DNA from: a virus
Reading direction: 5' to 3' (one strand)
Virus record (IMG/VR): IMGVR_UViG_3300031555_001876
Length of the DNA stretch: 64,000 bases
The notes below the pieces were generated by a model. That model searched no databases, was not told the origin of the DNA, and saw only the letters and a list, made by a program, of their open reading frames with translations. Each line of letters starts with the position of its first letter. Position 1 is the first letter of the stretch. Below are positions 43,100-56,736 of this stretch, piece after piece. The position numbers and the translations under genes are program-made.

Positions 43100-46057
43100 T
43101 TACGTTAAAATACTTTTTAAAAATTCAGTAAAAGCATCGCTTGCGCTAAATTGCTATTTACCATTTTCGTCATAACTCATATTTATTGCGCCATTGCCTA
43201 ATGAAAAACTACCATCTGATTTAATTGTATTAGTAGGAGTTCCGTCTACATCAAATCCAAATAAACCACTAATAGCACTCATAATTTCAGTACCAAATAG
43301 CATACCATTTGAAAATACTTCATTGGCTCCATTAATAGAGCCAGCGCCAATAACTGAATTTATTAATTTAGTTTTTTCAATATTTTTATCATCGATAATA
43401 GTAATTACTCCGCCATTATATCCATCAATATTTTTATTCATATCAGTAGCCAATAGCATAGTAACTGGTTGAATAAGATATGATTCAGAAACACTTGATA
43501 TTTTTATCTTTATCGCGCCCATTGGAATCATAGTTTCTCCACTTTCATCTATGGGGAAATTAGCACCTTTATAAATTTGTGCTGGATAGATATAATAATC
43601 TATTGAACCATTTGAATGATTTAAATAAGAAATAAAAATATTATCATTTAATGATTGCGGTTTTGCTAAACTTACCTATTCTACTCCTTTATAAATTACT
43701 GAAATATATTCAGAACTATAAGAAGGAGTATCTCCATTTGCAGTATAAGTGACTAAATTAGGAATTTTAATTGCGGTTAAATCATCAATATTTATATCAC
43801 CATATGCAATTAATATAGGTTGATAGTAATTAATGATATGACTTGATTCTTCTTTATCACCATTCATAACTTTAATAGTGGTAACAAAACGAACAAAATA
43901 TTGTCCTTGGTCATTCAATTCATCATTACCAGTTACCTCAAACAATGAATCATTTTTATTACTTGATCCAATAGAAGTAGTTTTTACATTAATGGACTAA
44001 ACAACATAAGAAATTTTATAATATCTATTATCATCTATTTTAGTATTATTATAAATAGTTTTACCATCAACAAAAATCTTTGGATGTAAATAAACTTTAC
44101 CCCAAGTTTTTTTCTTATAAGTCAAAGGAATTGATTTTCCATATTCCTATCCTTTATCATCACTATAATTAACAATCATAGTATATGTTAAACCATTCGC
44201 GCCTTGACTGCCCTCTTTAATAAAATTAATTGTTTTATTAAAATAGTAAGTGCTACCTGTTGAAGTTTCAATTTTTAACTATAAAGTATTTAAATTTCTA
44301 TTGCTATAAAATTTAGGACTTATAGTAAAATGAACTGCATTGGTCGCCGCATTAACTCGTATATTACGCATCATTGAATCTTCTGGAGACTGTTTAGCCT
44401 CAAAAATGCGGGCGCCGCTTGGCCCAAACCAAGTAACACCGGTAACTACTGTTGAAGCGTTAGTATTTATAATAGGAGTAATAACCATTTCTTTATCATA
44501 ATCTGTATATGTAATATCTCCATTTACATCATATAAAAAAGTATCAATACCATTATAAAATACTCGAATATCAGTATCAATTAAAGTATTCTTTAATTCA
44601 TAATCATATGGAATAACAGTATTATCATCTAATTTTATAGCAGCCTAAAAAGACACTTCAGGATAATATAAAAATTCAGATACATTAATCTAGTTTGCGC
44701 CACTCGCATATTGATAATAACTACCATCGGGCAAGCGCACATACCAATCTGCAGTTTCTATTTTATCCTATGCATCAATTAATTCTAAAAAAGTTCCAGT
44801 AGCATCAGATACTTTATTAATAGCAAAACGAGAATTAAAATATTTAACTACTCTAACTTCATTTGAAAAAGTCATTGTATTATTATAAATTATTACTAAC
44901 TTAACTCGCATTTGCTAATATACATCGGAGCCACGCAAAGTTAATATATTATAATTTACTTTACTATCAATAATTTCTTCCCATCCACCACCGGCGTATT
45001 GATTATATAATTCGTGACCTGGGACAACTACTGGATTTTGTTTAAACCAATAGCATTGACAATTAGAAGGACTTAAAACATCTTTAAGAGCGTAATAAAA
45101 TTTGCCTTCTAAAGTAATTGTATCAGTATCTTGCGCGAGCGACAAACCCTGAACCGCTTGAATGCCGCAATAATATAAAGAATCAGTATTATCTATATTA
45201 TCAACAAAAGATATTTTAATATTCTTTACAAAAATATTAGGTTCAGTTTTATTTTCATAAATAATATTTCCTTCATTATCTTTTAAGTTGTCATATTCGG
45301 TATATCTTTCTTGGAATAAGGTAATCTTTTTTACCGCAGTTAATTTTATATTCTCCACTTTATAAATTGCATATTGTGGAGAAAAAACTAAATACTAATG
45401 TAAACTACCAACAAAATTAGCGATTTCTAATTTGCGCGTATATGTAATATTTTCATTTTCTTTATCGGTATAAAATTCTACTTTTAAACCATAGTTGCCG
45501 CTTGTGGGGTCGCCCTTAAAATCGGTTTTAAAATCTGCTGAAATTTTAATAGTTGGATATGCTAAAAAAGTACTAACAAAAGTAGCATCTTCTTTATTAG
45601 TTAAATTTTCATAAATAACTGATTCATAATATTTATCTTCTTCACCTGCGCCCGCAAGTACTGAATATGTTTTATCTGTATCCTAAAAACCATATCCCAT
45701 TTCAATTACATTAGAAGCCATAAAATCATATTCTTCTTCTGTAATGGTCGCCGCACTTGCTTTACCTTCTATTAATTTCTTCGCACTAAAATCCCCACCT
45801 GGAATTTTTACATATACATTAACACCCTCATTATATACATAATTTAAATTGGTAGGAGCATAAGCCTTAAATTTACCTTGCTGATATGAAACATAATATT
45901 CACCAGTTTCGGCATTATTTAAACTAACTACTTCTGCGATAATTGTTTTATCAAAATTTAATTCACTATCACGAGCCTATGCAATTAAGTCTATTGTTTT
46001 TATTAACTCATCACTAATATATTTAGGCTTCTTTACTTTAGCCAAATAATTATCCAT
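43100..46057 (-). CDS. large distal-tail (Dit-like position) structural protein (985 aa); ~13 in-frame TAGs
   Basis: The frame is continuous from ATG 46057 (RBS AAAGGAG) to TAA 43100. It lies immediately downstream of the tape measure gene. Confidence 0.4.
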
Positions 46058-46067
46058 ATTTACTCCT

Positions 46068-46097
46068 TTCTCTCCCTAAAATAGGGGATAATATTAT
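46068..46097. repeat. perfect 15-bp inverted repeat between the TMP stop and the next gene's RBS
   Basis: AAAATAGGGGATAAT|ATTATCCCCTATTTT. Confidence 0.5.
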
Positions 46098-46105
46098 CCC
46101 CTATT

Positions 46106-49100
46106 TTAGATTTTACTTAAATTAAGATATTGAGAAGCGTTATTAGAAAGATTAGACAATGCTTCTTGAATTTCATATTGGTCAACAACATTCGGGAATT
46201 CAGCATTAATATGAACATTTTGTTCAATTGCTTTTTCATCGAATATTGGTAATTTAGTGCTACCTAACATACTTCTTAATTGATAGTCGGTATTAGCAGT
46301 CATCATAGAAATTTGATTATCAATAGAACGAGATACTTTTACTGCGTCTAATATATTAGCAGTATCTTGTTTATTTAATACAAGTTCTTTTTCGTCTAAT
46401 AAAGCCAAACGACCTTCAGAACCCCAAGAACCAGTGTATCCACCTGTATCAAATTTTTTAAGTTTATCAAGTTTGTCTGCAATAACTTCATCATTATAAG
46501 AGCCACCATCAGCAATATGTTTAACAACTTCATTTGCAGTAGGATTTCCTTGAGACGCCTGAATTAAAACATTTTCTAAATCTTTATTGCTAATATATCC
46601 ACTCTTTTCAGGATCTCTTTCTGCTCTATCTGCCATTAACTATTTATAATCATCAGACTATAAATAATTAATATCATTATACAATGCTTCAGTAACATCA
46701 CGGCTAATATCTCCACTGCTTTTTTTAGCGCCACCGCTGCCAGAAGTAATAGTATTATTAATATAAGCCTCATTTTTAGCAAGTTCTTCATCAGTACGTT
46801 TACTGTATTTAGCCTGCCATTCTTCAACCATTCCAATAGCCTAGGAGACATAAGACATTAATACATCGACCAATTCAGATATTTCATCACATAATTGTTG
46901 TACATAAGTTTCTAAAGAACCTAATGTGCCTTCAGTATCTGCGCCAAAGGTTTCCCAACTAGTTCCTGCAACATTCATTGCCTATTCAACGACACCTTGC
47001 CAATCTTTATAATTAACCATTAATTCAGAAATAGTTAAATTAGAATTTTCCAAGAAATGATTATAAGCATCTTCATAATCATAAATATCAGTCATTTGAC
47101 CATAAAGAGTATCGTGGAAAAGAATACCACTTTCTTCTACACCTTTGTTCAATTCATCTAATAAATAGCGTTGACGTTCAGTGTAATATTCTTGTAATGC
47201 GATTAATTGGTCTTGATAGTCAGCCGCATTTTTATCTAAATCCATTAAAGCATCTTTATACTCAATTTGATTTTCAATCAATTGTTGAGATACATCATCG
47301 ATATAATCTTTAGCCAATTGGTCTAATTCAAATAAAGCATCTTCATATTTCTATGTAGCATCTTCAATAGATTCTTCATCAGCGTCATATGCATAAGTCC
47401 AATTACCTGCGGCGTCGCGCACCAAGCGCATAGAGGTCTTACTATTTTGCGCTTCCATTAAAGCAATTTCAGCCAATTGTAAATCATATCTCTTTTGGAG
47501 AATATCTAAATCAAATTGACTCATATCTACGCCTGCTTTTTGCAGTTCGTAAATCTATTGCTGAATATCTCTTAATTTAGACTTTGCTAATAAATCATTT
47601 TCATCTTGGATAGCAGAATTTAATTGACGATTTAATTTATTTAATTCATAAAGTTTTGTAGCATCGTCTAAATATTCATCTTGAATAGTTTTAGCCTATT
47701 CATAATTTTGCTGGAATAATTCTAATGTAGAGAATGGACTTAAAGCGTCACTCATTGTATTGACTGCTAATTCCATTCGCATTTCAAATAATTCAGCCGC
47801 AGCATTTAAAGTTTCTTCCCAAGAGCCAAGAAATTCTTCAGAAGCACTTTCTAATTCGTGCTTTAATTCTTCAACTTGGTTTTCCCAGAATTTAACAGAT
47901 GTCTCGTCGTTGTCCGCCGCTCGGTTAGCCAAGGCCTCTTGCGCTTGTTTAGTGGCGGCCGCAAGCCCATCCATTTGCTGCTTTAAGATACCCATTTTAT
48001 TAACCATAGTTTCGACTCTCATAGTACCAATGCGGACTTTTAAAGTCTAATCAAGCATTGTTCTACCTGACAAGTCGATTATGTTATTAAAATGGTCTAA
48101 CATAGATACATATTTATCTAGCCTATCAGTTTGAATATCAATTTCTTCAAGTGCTAATTCAAGAACATTCTAAACTAATTCTTCCATCTCTTTACGAAGT
48201 TCTAGAATATCTTTATTAACATCAATTAAATCACTTTGATATTCTAATATCTATTCATCAAACATTTGCTCATATCCCGGGTATTGCGCTTTCGCCGCAT
48301 TTAATTCATCAATGCCTTGGCGCAATGTAGCACCCTTTTCAAACAACTAAAGCATTTCTTGCTCTTGATACTGGAAACCTTCAAGCATTGCTTCAATTGT
48401 TTGTTTATTTCCGTGAGCCTGTAATAATAATTTTTCTTGATAATAATTTAATCTTTCAATCTGATAATCAATCTGTTTTACACGCCAATCAATTCTATTG
48501 GTAATATCTTCTAACGCTTTTTCAGCCTATTCACGTTCCTTATCAGCAATTGAAGCAACATTATCATCAATTTTAGATTGTAATTCAGTAGCCTAATCTA
48601 AATCAAAACTTATATCTCTTAACCAAGCCTCTGCTTTATCTTCACTGCCGGTTTCCTGCAGAATTTCTTGGTATTTATCTTCCATTTGTGCATATAAATC
48701 ACTTAAGTTAGCAATTTCACCATCATCAGTTAACTTAATTTCAAATTCTGGATGTTTAGCATTAAATTCTTTAACTTTTTCCTTTAGAAGTTTCTTCCAA
48801 GTTTTAATTTGGTCTTCGAGGATTTTTTGCTCTTCTTCAAGAAGTTCAATTTCTTCTTTGATGTATTTACTTGCGTCTTCTGGATTTAGGCCTTCACGTT
48901 GAGCCTCCAAGCGTTTGCGTTTACTTTCGCTTGTTGACATGCGCTTATCTTGAAGTTCATCATAAGCAGAACCTGAGGAACCTCCTCCACCGCCACCTGA
49001 ACCTTGATATGGGTTGGTTACTGGAGTACTATTTCCTGGACCAGTAAGTATTTCCATATTAGATTTAGCATCACCAGGAATAAGTCCACTAAAGCCTAAA

Positions 49101-52100
49101 TCTGCTAATTGATTTTCAGCCTATATTAATAGTTTTTCTGCCTAAAGAGGTCTTGAACTTGATAAAGCCAATCCTTGTTGCATTAAACTTAAAGCACTAA
49201 TTAATTGCTAAAATCCCTCAGGGGACAATTTAGTTTCACCTATTGCTGCTAACCAAGTTGCAACTTTTTCAGCCTCAATATTTGATGTTAATAAGCCATT
49301 TAATAATTCATTAAAATCGCCTTTACCATTTACATATAAATTTACGGCTTCTGTATTTTGAACTTCACTAATAATTTCCTAAAATTCTTCAAGGTTACCT
49401 TCAAAGCCTACTTTTAATCGAATTTCATTCTAAATATCTTCAAATAAATCTTCAGTACTAATTTCACCTTTACTCCAAGCATTTAGAATATGGTCACGAT
49501 TTTTTATATATTCTTCACTAACTTTAACACCAAAAGCATTTTCTAATTGCTATTGTATATCGCGAATTGCATTATTATATTCGTCACCTTTTAAATCATC
49601 TAAAGATTCAGTTAATTTTCCAATGGCCTATGCTGCTTTATTAACTTCAATTTCTTTAATCTATTTAGAAAACTCTTCGGCCGCGGCAGCACACGCTTCA
49701 GTATTACCCTTATTATCATTAAGAGCCTTATTATATTTCTAAAATGCCGTCGCATATTCTTCACTATCAGCACCTAATTTATACAAAGCATTTCTTGAAG
49801 TTTCATCGGAAAAATCAAAATCTTTATCAGATGTTAAATCATTAATATTATTATAATTATATAATCTTTGCTCTTTATCTTTAGCAATAACTGCATTTAA
49901 ATCAGCATTATGAGCATCTTTTAATTGCGTTAAATAATTAGCGGCTTCTGTTTCATTTAATTCTTCAAGATTAACATTTTTATCTATATCTAAAAACTGT
50001 TTTAAAGCATCACTGTCAGAACTTTGATCTATAGCAAAATTTAAAAGCGCTTTTGCAGAAGTTTTACCAAGTTCTCCAGTATCAAAATAGTCTTGTACTA
50101 CAATACTATTAATACCTTCTGTAAGTTCTTGTCCATATCTAGCCTTTTCTACAATTTCTTCTGAAACTTCTTCTGGAGATTTTTTATTCTACACCATAAA
50201 TTCTTCAGAATTAATCCAAAAACCTTCAATAGCATCTCCAAGTTGCTCAACTTGTTCTTTAGAGATTATATCGCCAACTTTAACGTCGCCTAATAGTTTA
50301 TATAGCGTTTCAAGACGTGAAATAAAATTATTGAGTTTATCAATAGGTAATTCACCGGCCACTTTAGCCATTTGGTTAACAAAAGTACTAATATCAATAC
50401 TATCAAGAGTAATACCTAAAGCAAGCAATTCATTTTTAAATCTATTAACTGCATCGGGTGATTCCCAATCAAAATTATTAATTAGATTAATAAAATCATC
50501 TTGCTAATCTTGGTCAATACTTCCCCACATTTCAGATAAAGTATTTTCTAATTGTCGCTTTCCATCTTCTCCCAAAGATAAATAAGCCTATCTTAATGCA
50601 CCGGATAACCCTTTTGCAGCATAAAGTGAAACATTATCAAAAGTCTTTGATAAACCAAGGTCAGTAATAGCATTTGCTGTTTCCTCGGCTTTACCTAATA
50701 TAAAACTTGTTAATGTGCCTTCTTCTATTTGGAAATAATTTTCTAATTCTTTTTGCTATTTCGTTGTTAATTTTCCTATATCTGTTTTTAATTTATCTCT
50801 TACTAACTAATCCTATGATACATTTTCAAAATTTTTATTTTTAATAAAAGAAATAAGTCCTTCGCTTGCCGAATCTAAAATATTATTAGCAATATTGTTT
50901 GCGGTTCCCGCATTTTCTATAGCACGAGACGCAGCAACACTATCAATAATACTTTTCGTATCATAAACTTCTTCTTTATATTTACCATCTGCTTGTTTAA
51001 CTTGGATAACAAAAGTTCCATCACTACGGACTATATTGCCTTGATTTAACCAATTACCTTCACCAAAGAATTCATTTAAAATCTTTTCAGTTTCTGTACC
51101 TTCTTGTATGTTTGCATCACTGCCACTATATTTATTTAACTAGTCTTCAATAAATTTCTTATTGGTTTCAATCTCTTTATTGACAATGGCATTGGTTAAT
51201 TGAACTTCACCATCTCTATCAGCAAATTTTTCATCTAAATTTCTAATAGCATTTTCTTGTTCTAAAGTTAATAATTCATTATTTCTTTCTAATGTTTTAT
51301 TATTATCTATTATTGCTTGTTGATTATTTTGAATTGCTTCAACAATTTTATCAATATTAAAGTATTGTGTAAAATTATAACCTTTTCCAAATAAACTTTC
51401 AAGTTCACCTGAAGTTAATGAATCAAGTTTATCATAATTATTTAATAAGGTTTCTCGCAAGTGTTCAAACGCAGAATTATAATTTTCATCATAATATTCC
51501 GCATATTCTGGAATAACCTAATTTATTATATTCGAAATATTATTATCTTTATTTAAATTATATCTATCCTAATTAGTTCTCTAATCGGCTTCTAAAACTC
51601 CATAAGTTTTACCGATAACACCTTTATTTATTTCAAACTAATGTTCTTTTCTGCTTTCTGGGTCAATATAAATTTCGCCAGTATCATAAACTTCATATTC
51701 TAATTCAGGAACTAATTTTAATAATTTTAAAGCCTCTTCATTTGCTGCACTTAAAGCATTTTTCCATTCTTCAGTACCTTTTGTACAACTTTCTAAAGCC
51801 TTTTGAGCATTATCATAAGAATTAAAAGCACTATTTAATTCATTTGCTTTCTATTTAGTTTCTTCTAATTTAGTTCTTAAAGCCTCGGCAGATTCTTCAG
51901 AACTCTTTAATATTCCTTCTAAAGAATTCTTTTTAGCATTTTCAATTGCTTTAATTAAAAGAGCAATTGCGGCTGCTATAGCACCAATAATAATAATCCA
52001 TTTTGCAACAGGTAATAATGCTTTTTTTAATGCAGCATTAAATAACTCTACATTAGTTGCTGCACCTGCATAACTCTCTCCTAAAAGTTTATTTGTAACT

Positions 52101-54742
52101 ACTTGTCTTATAGTTTGACCTTCAGTTGCTTTAAGTCCAAAAACAGATGCTAATAAAGTAGGAATAAATCCTCCTTCAATAGATTTAGATATTGCTGAAA
52201 TTCCAGTAGAAAGAGCAGAGAATCCATTAATAATAGAAGGTAAAGACATACTAACAGATAACATTACACTACTAAATTTTTCACCAAAACTTAAATCTTC
52301 ATTGTTTAAAACCTAAATTGCACTGTGTAATCCTATAAAACCTGCGGTTAAAGATGTTACGCCTTCTATAGTAGAAGATAATCCTTCTGAAAATATTTCA
52401 GTTGTATCTTTTTCATTAAAATTACCATTAAGATTTTCATTTATGTCTTGGATGACTTTACCGTGCTCTTCATCTTTTTTCTTTTTTTCTGCATCTAAAT
52501 CAGTACCTTCTTGCAGATTTCTTGCTAAATTGCGAGCCTCTTCTCGACCTTCAGTTAATCCATTAATATAATCATCTAATGCGTGAGACTGTTCTTTAAA
52601 TCCGCCAGTTGTATTTTCTAATTCTTCATCTAATTTTCTATTTGCTTCTGCTATTGCATCTACATCGCCTTTGGCTTCACGAACTTTTCTTTTATAATTT
52701 TCAATTATTTTTATCTACTCATCAGTTGCACCATACTCTTGAAGTTTTGCTTTACCTAAGCCTTTAAAATCCTTGCTCATTACGCGTTTTCGTAATTCAT
52801 CTTTTTTTGGATTATTACTATTTAAATCTTGCTAATATAAACTATTAATTTGTTCGATATAATCTTGATGACCTGACTAAATTAATCTATCTTCTATTGC
52901 TACTCTATCATTTTTATTATTAGATATATTCTAACTAATTGCTACACGCTATTCAGATAAATTATTAGCAACTCCCATTTTTTCTTTAATTAAATTTAAA
53001 GAAAATTCATCTATTTCATTATTATTTACCTTATTTGCTAATTCGTTTGTCCACGCTGATTGATTCTGTAAATTAGCAAAAGCAATATCATTAGTTCGGC
53101 CAAAATCTGCATTTAACAAAGCCTCATTTGCTTCATCTTGCATACGTCTAGCCGTTCCTTTTACTCCATCTGTAATAATAGGTAAATTATTTATTGAACG
53201 ACTAATTTCTTTAGTTAAATTCGGGCCTAATCCCCTTAATAATGCCGAACCTACGACTGCTAAAACTCCTGGTAAACCTCCAAGAGAGTCAATTAATTTT
53301 TCAATTATTCCTAAAGTTCCTTCTAAACCATTATTAATACCTATAAAGAAATCTTCATCAATTAAACTATCATAAATGCCTTCTGCGGCCGCGCGCACAC
53401 GCTTACTTGAGGCTTCCCAACTTTCAGCGTAAACTTCCGCCTGTCTTTCTAATTCTCCAGTAGAAGAATAAGCAGTATTTAAATTTTCTTGGAATGTACT
53501 CCAATTATCCATTAATGCGATTAATTGAGCATATTGACGTACGCCTGCTACAGTTTGCGCGGTTGCGATTTGAGTATCTTTACTTAAAGTTCCCCATTTA
53601 GCACCTAATTCATTTAAAATAACATCCATTTGCTTTACTTCGCCATTGGCATCTTTAATACTGATACCAATCTTATCTAAAGCCTATGAATATTTATTTA
53701 AAGTAGTGCCATCATCCATAGTTTCTCCCAGATTCAAACCTTGAACACGAGAGAATAATGTTTTTAAAGCGTTACCAACTACATCTGCGTTTTGACGAGT
53801 TTCGGCAGTGATAGTAGCAAGAGCAGTAGTTGCATATTCATAACTTAAACCTACAGTTTCTGCTACTGCTGCGAATTTCTCTAATCCAGTTGCAATTTCA
53901 TCAGTACTAGAAGCGGTTGCCGCACCTAACGCAGTCATAACATCAGCATAGTATTCTAATGATTTACTGCCATTATCAAAGTTATTCCAAATAGCAGTCA
54001 GATAGTCAGATACTTCTTTTACAGATTCGCCAGTAACATTTGATACTTTTGTTGTAATATTAGTTCTTGCTTTTACTTCTGAATCACTTAAACCCTATTG
54101 ATAGTAAATTAATGATGCATCAGTATAAGCAGTGGTAGTTACGCTTAATGCCTTTGCTGCTTTATTGGCTTCTTTAGCAAATTTAGCCATCTATTCAGCA
54201 TTCTATCCACTAACAATTCTAATATTATTTAATGATTTATTTAAATCTTGAGCATATCCATATGAAGTCTATAAAGCACCCATAAAGCCATGCATCATAC
54301 TTGAAGAAAATTGCCACTTAATTGTATTTTTCATAGTAGTGGCAAAATCCTATAGCATTTTATTACTCTTTTTTAAAGGTAATTCTGCCGTCGAAATTGA
54401 CTGTGCTAATTTTAAAAAAGTTTTCTAGCCTTCAATACCTAGACTGGAAAGTTCTCTTGAATAATCACTTAAACTTTTTCCTGATTTGGATAAAGACTAT
54501 GAAAATTTAGAAATATCTAATTTGCCAGTATTTACATTTGTCGCACTTTTTATAGCCGCTTTTAAAGAGGTTACTGTATTTAAAGCATCTTTAAAATCTG
54601 CGTTGATTTGCTATCCAGCACTATTTGTTGCTGGTTGTTTTAAAAGTGAATCAAGACTATGCTATAAATTTTCTAATTGCGCTTTAGCCTACTTTACGTC
54701 CGCAGTCATTACTAACTACGCACTATAAACCCTATCAGCCAT
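46106..54742 (-). CDS. tail tape measure protein, ~2878 aa; ~52 in-frame TAGs
   Basis: A single minus frame has no TAA/TGA from ATG 54742 to TAA 46106. It joins 11 track ORFs (53684..53938 down to 46106..46636). The N-terminal TMP core is ..VVGNALKTLFSRVQGLNLGE... Coiled-coil and TM segments are present. Confidence 0.55.
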
Positions 54743-54780
54743 ATAGATATTACTCCTTTCACTCTTTTATTTTTATATAT

Positions 54781-54824
54781 AAAACGAAAAAGGGTTATGA
54801 GAATATAATTCCCATAACCCTTTA
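54781..54824 (-). terminator. stem-loop plus U-tract on the minus strand just upstream of the TMP start codon (possible attenuator)
   Basis: Stem GGGTTATG / CATAACCC with a 12-nt loop, followed on the minus strand by TTTTTCGTTTT. Confidence 0.35.
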
Positions 54825-54863
54825 TTATATTCCTATTAAAATTTAAAATATAATTTAGTAGTC

Positions 54864-55388
54864 TTATCCTAATTTGCTTAATACGTCTTTTAATAATGTA
54901 AGATTTTCAGGATTAGAAATATTCTTTTGTAATTCATCAATATCAAAATTTAAATTATCATAATCAGTAGTCATAGCCTCTAAAATGCCGCGCACACTAT
55001 TTTGCTATGCATAAATCTTATTAAGAATATCAATAATCCAAGTTTGTAAAGCGTTATACTCTCTCTCGCATATTGCAAGAATTTGTCCTAATAAAGTAGA
55101 AGACACTAAAGCATCATATAATTTATAAGAATTTTCTTTCTGTTTATCAGTAAAAGAAATATTAGTATAATTATAAACCATTTCTAATCCTAAATTTACT
55201 AAAACTTGAGGAATATTAAAATGCTTACTATCTGCTTCTAAAGTAGCACTTACTACTTTATTCATAATAGAAATCTTCTCTTGGATAGGTAAATATTTTC
55301 TTACTTCAATATTTTGCTCATTCCATTCAATAATTTCTATACTTTCATCTATTTTTAATCCTAATTTACTATAAGAAATTTTTGCCAA
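54864..55388 (-). CDS. tail assembly chaperone-like protein (positional); one in-frame TAG
   Basis: ~175 aa acidic protein directly upstream of the TMP. The start is ambiguous (TTG 55397 or 55388 after RBS AAAAGGAG). Confidence 0.3.
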
Positions 55389-55440
55389 ATTAAACAACTC
55401 CTTTTACTCTATTATACAAAAAATTTTTATGTATGTCAAA

Positions 55441-56508
55441 TTATTTATCCATTTTATCTAAAGCTTTTATAGATATTCTTGTTCTATGAGTCTTAAAAGG
55501 CTATGACAAAGAACTAAATATTCCAGTATTTTCACCATTAATATAATCATCTAAAATGGATTGTGTACTAAATACTTTTATACTTCCATTTAAAGTTGAA
55601 TCGTTAACTATTAAGAAATCTACCATCTCTTTATTACTATTACTATCTAACAAACCCAATCCAACTAATTCATAAGTTGAATAAATATGTCCTAAATGTT
55701 TCAAAATTAAACTTTTATGTTCATTATGAAAATCATAACAATTTTTCATTCTATAATACTAATCATATATTCTTTTATAGCTATAATTTGTAACAGCTCC
55801 AACCACACTAGCATACATTCTAAAAGAATTTGTACGACCTAGTTTTGATGCCTCAAAATGTTTTGAATTTTTTAAAGAAAATCTAAATGCTTTTAATATA
55901 GAAAAAGCTCTCAAAGCTTTCGCACTAGCTTTATAATCAATATTTATATGAATATTAAAATTTGAACCAGCGAAATCGGTTTTTCCATATCTTTCAACTA
56001 AAGCTTGCCTTGTTAATGTGTTATAATTATTCTAATCTTCTTTTACTATATTTTGAATTTCCTTTTGATAATCAGTAATTCTTTTTTTAGTCCCATTTTT
56101 ATTTATATTAATAACAGCATTTGTTTTACCTAATCCACCTAAATTAAAGCTCCCCTATAAATCTTTTAACTATAATCCTTGGTCAAAAAACTATTCAGCA
56201 ATATTTTTATCTAAAATGCTAGCAATACTTAACATTAAAGCCTCAAATTCATTTTCTAATTTATCGCCAGCAATGTTAGCGCTACTTCCTTCATATAAAA
56301 ATAACTACTATCCACCCAATAAACTATTAACCCTTTCAGCTAAAAGTCTCATAATAGGGTCATTAGACTAATTAGCATATCTCAACTCATTTAAAAAATC
56401 TTCTAAAAACTAGGCAATATCACTTAAACCATTATTTCTAGAGTATTTTGTAGCTAAAGATGGATGAACTATATTTTCTAAAAAAAAATCTGTACTTATA
56501 GTAGCCAT
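55441..56508 (-). CDS. hypothetical tail-module protein (355 aa); ~10 in-frame TAGs
   Basis: ATG 56508 has RBS AAGGAG. The frame is continuous to TAA 55441 through TAGs. It includes track ORF 55501..55749. Confidence 0.35.
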
Positions 56509-56533
56509 ATTTTTTCTCCTTTCTCTCAAAAGT

Positions 56534-56575
56534 AAAAAAAAGGAGAGGAAATTAAATTTCCTCTCCTTTTTTTTA
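56534..56575. terminator. strong bidirectional terminator downstream of the major tail protein
   Basis: A9, then stem AGGAGAGGAAATT / AATTTCCTCTCCT, then T8. Confidence 0.55.
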
Positions 56576-56728
56576 TTCTTTTACAGGGGCATTTGCCTCT
56601 ATTGCGACTTTTTTCTCTTCCTGCTTTTTAACAGGAAGTTTTTTTTCTTCAACCTTTTTCTGACGTTTTTCTACTTCTTTCTTTACAATAGTAGAAGCAG
56701 ACTTTCGAGGGGTTGCATGAATAATCAT
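56573..56728 (-). CDS. small Lys-rich protein (51 aa) following the major tail protein
   Basis: Sequence MIIHATPRKSASTIVKKEVEKRQKKVEEKKLPVKKQEEKKVAIEANAPVKE. Its stop lies inside the terminator. Confidence 0.25.
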   Translation of the reverse strand: MIIHATPRKSASTIVKKEVEKRQKKVEEKKLPVKKQEEKKVAIEANAPVKE

Positions 56729-56736
56729 ATTATTGA

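Noticed and set aside
54694-55441. Search for a lambda-like G/GT -1 programmed frameshift between the chaperone-like genes and the TMP
   Set aside because: The only alternative open frame overlapping the 3' end of 54864..55388 (54697-54906) translates to I/K/R-rich low-complexity sequence. The two candidate chaperone genes do not overlap. A frameshift is therefore not supported.
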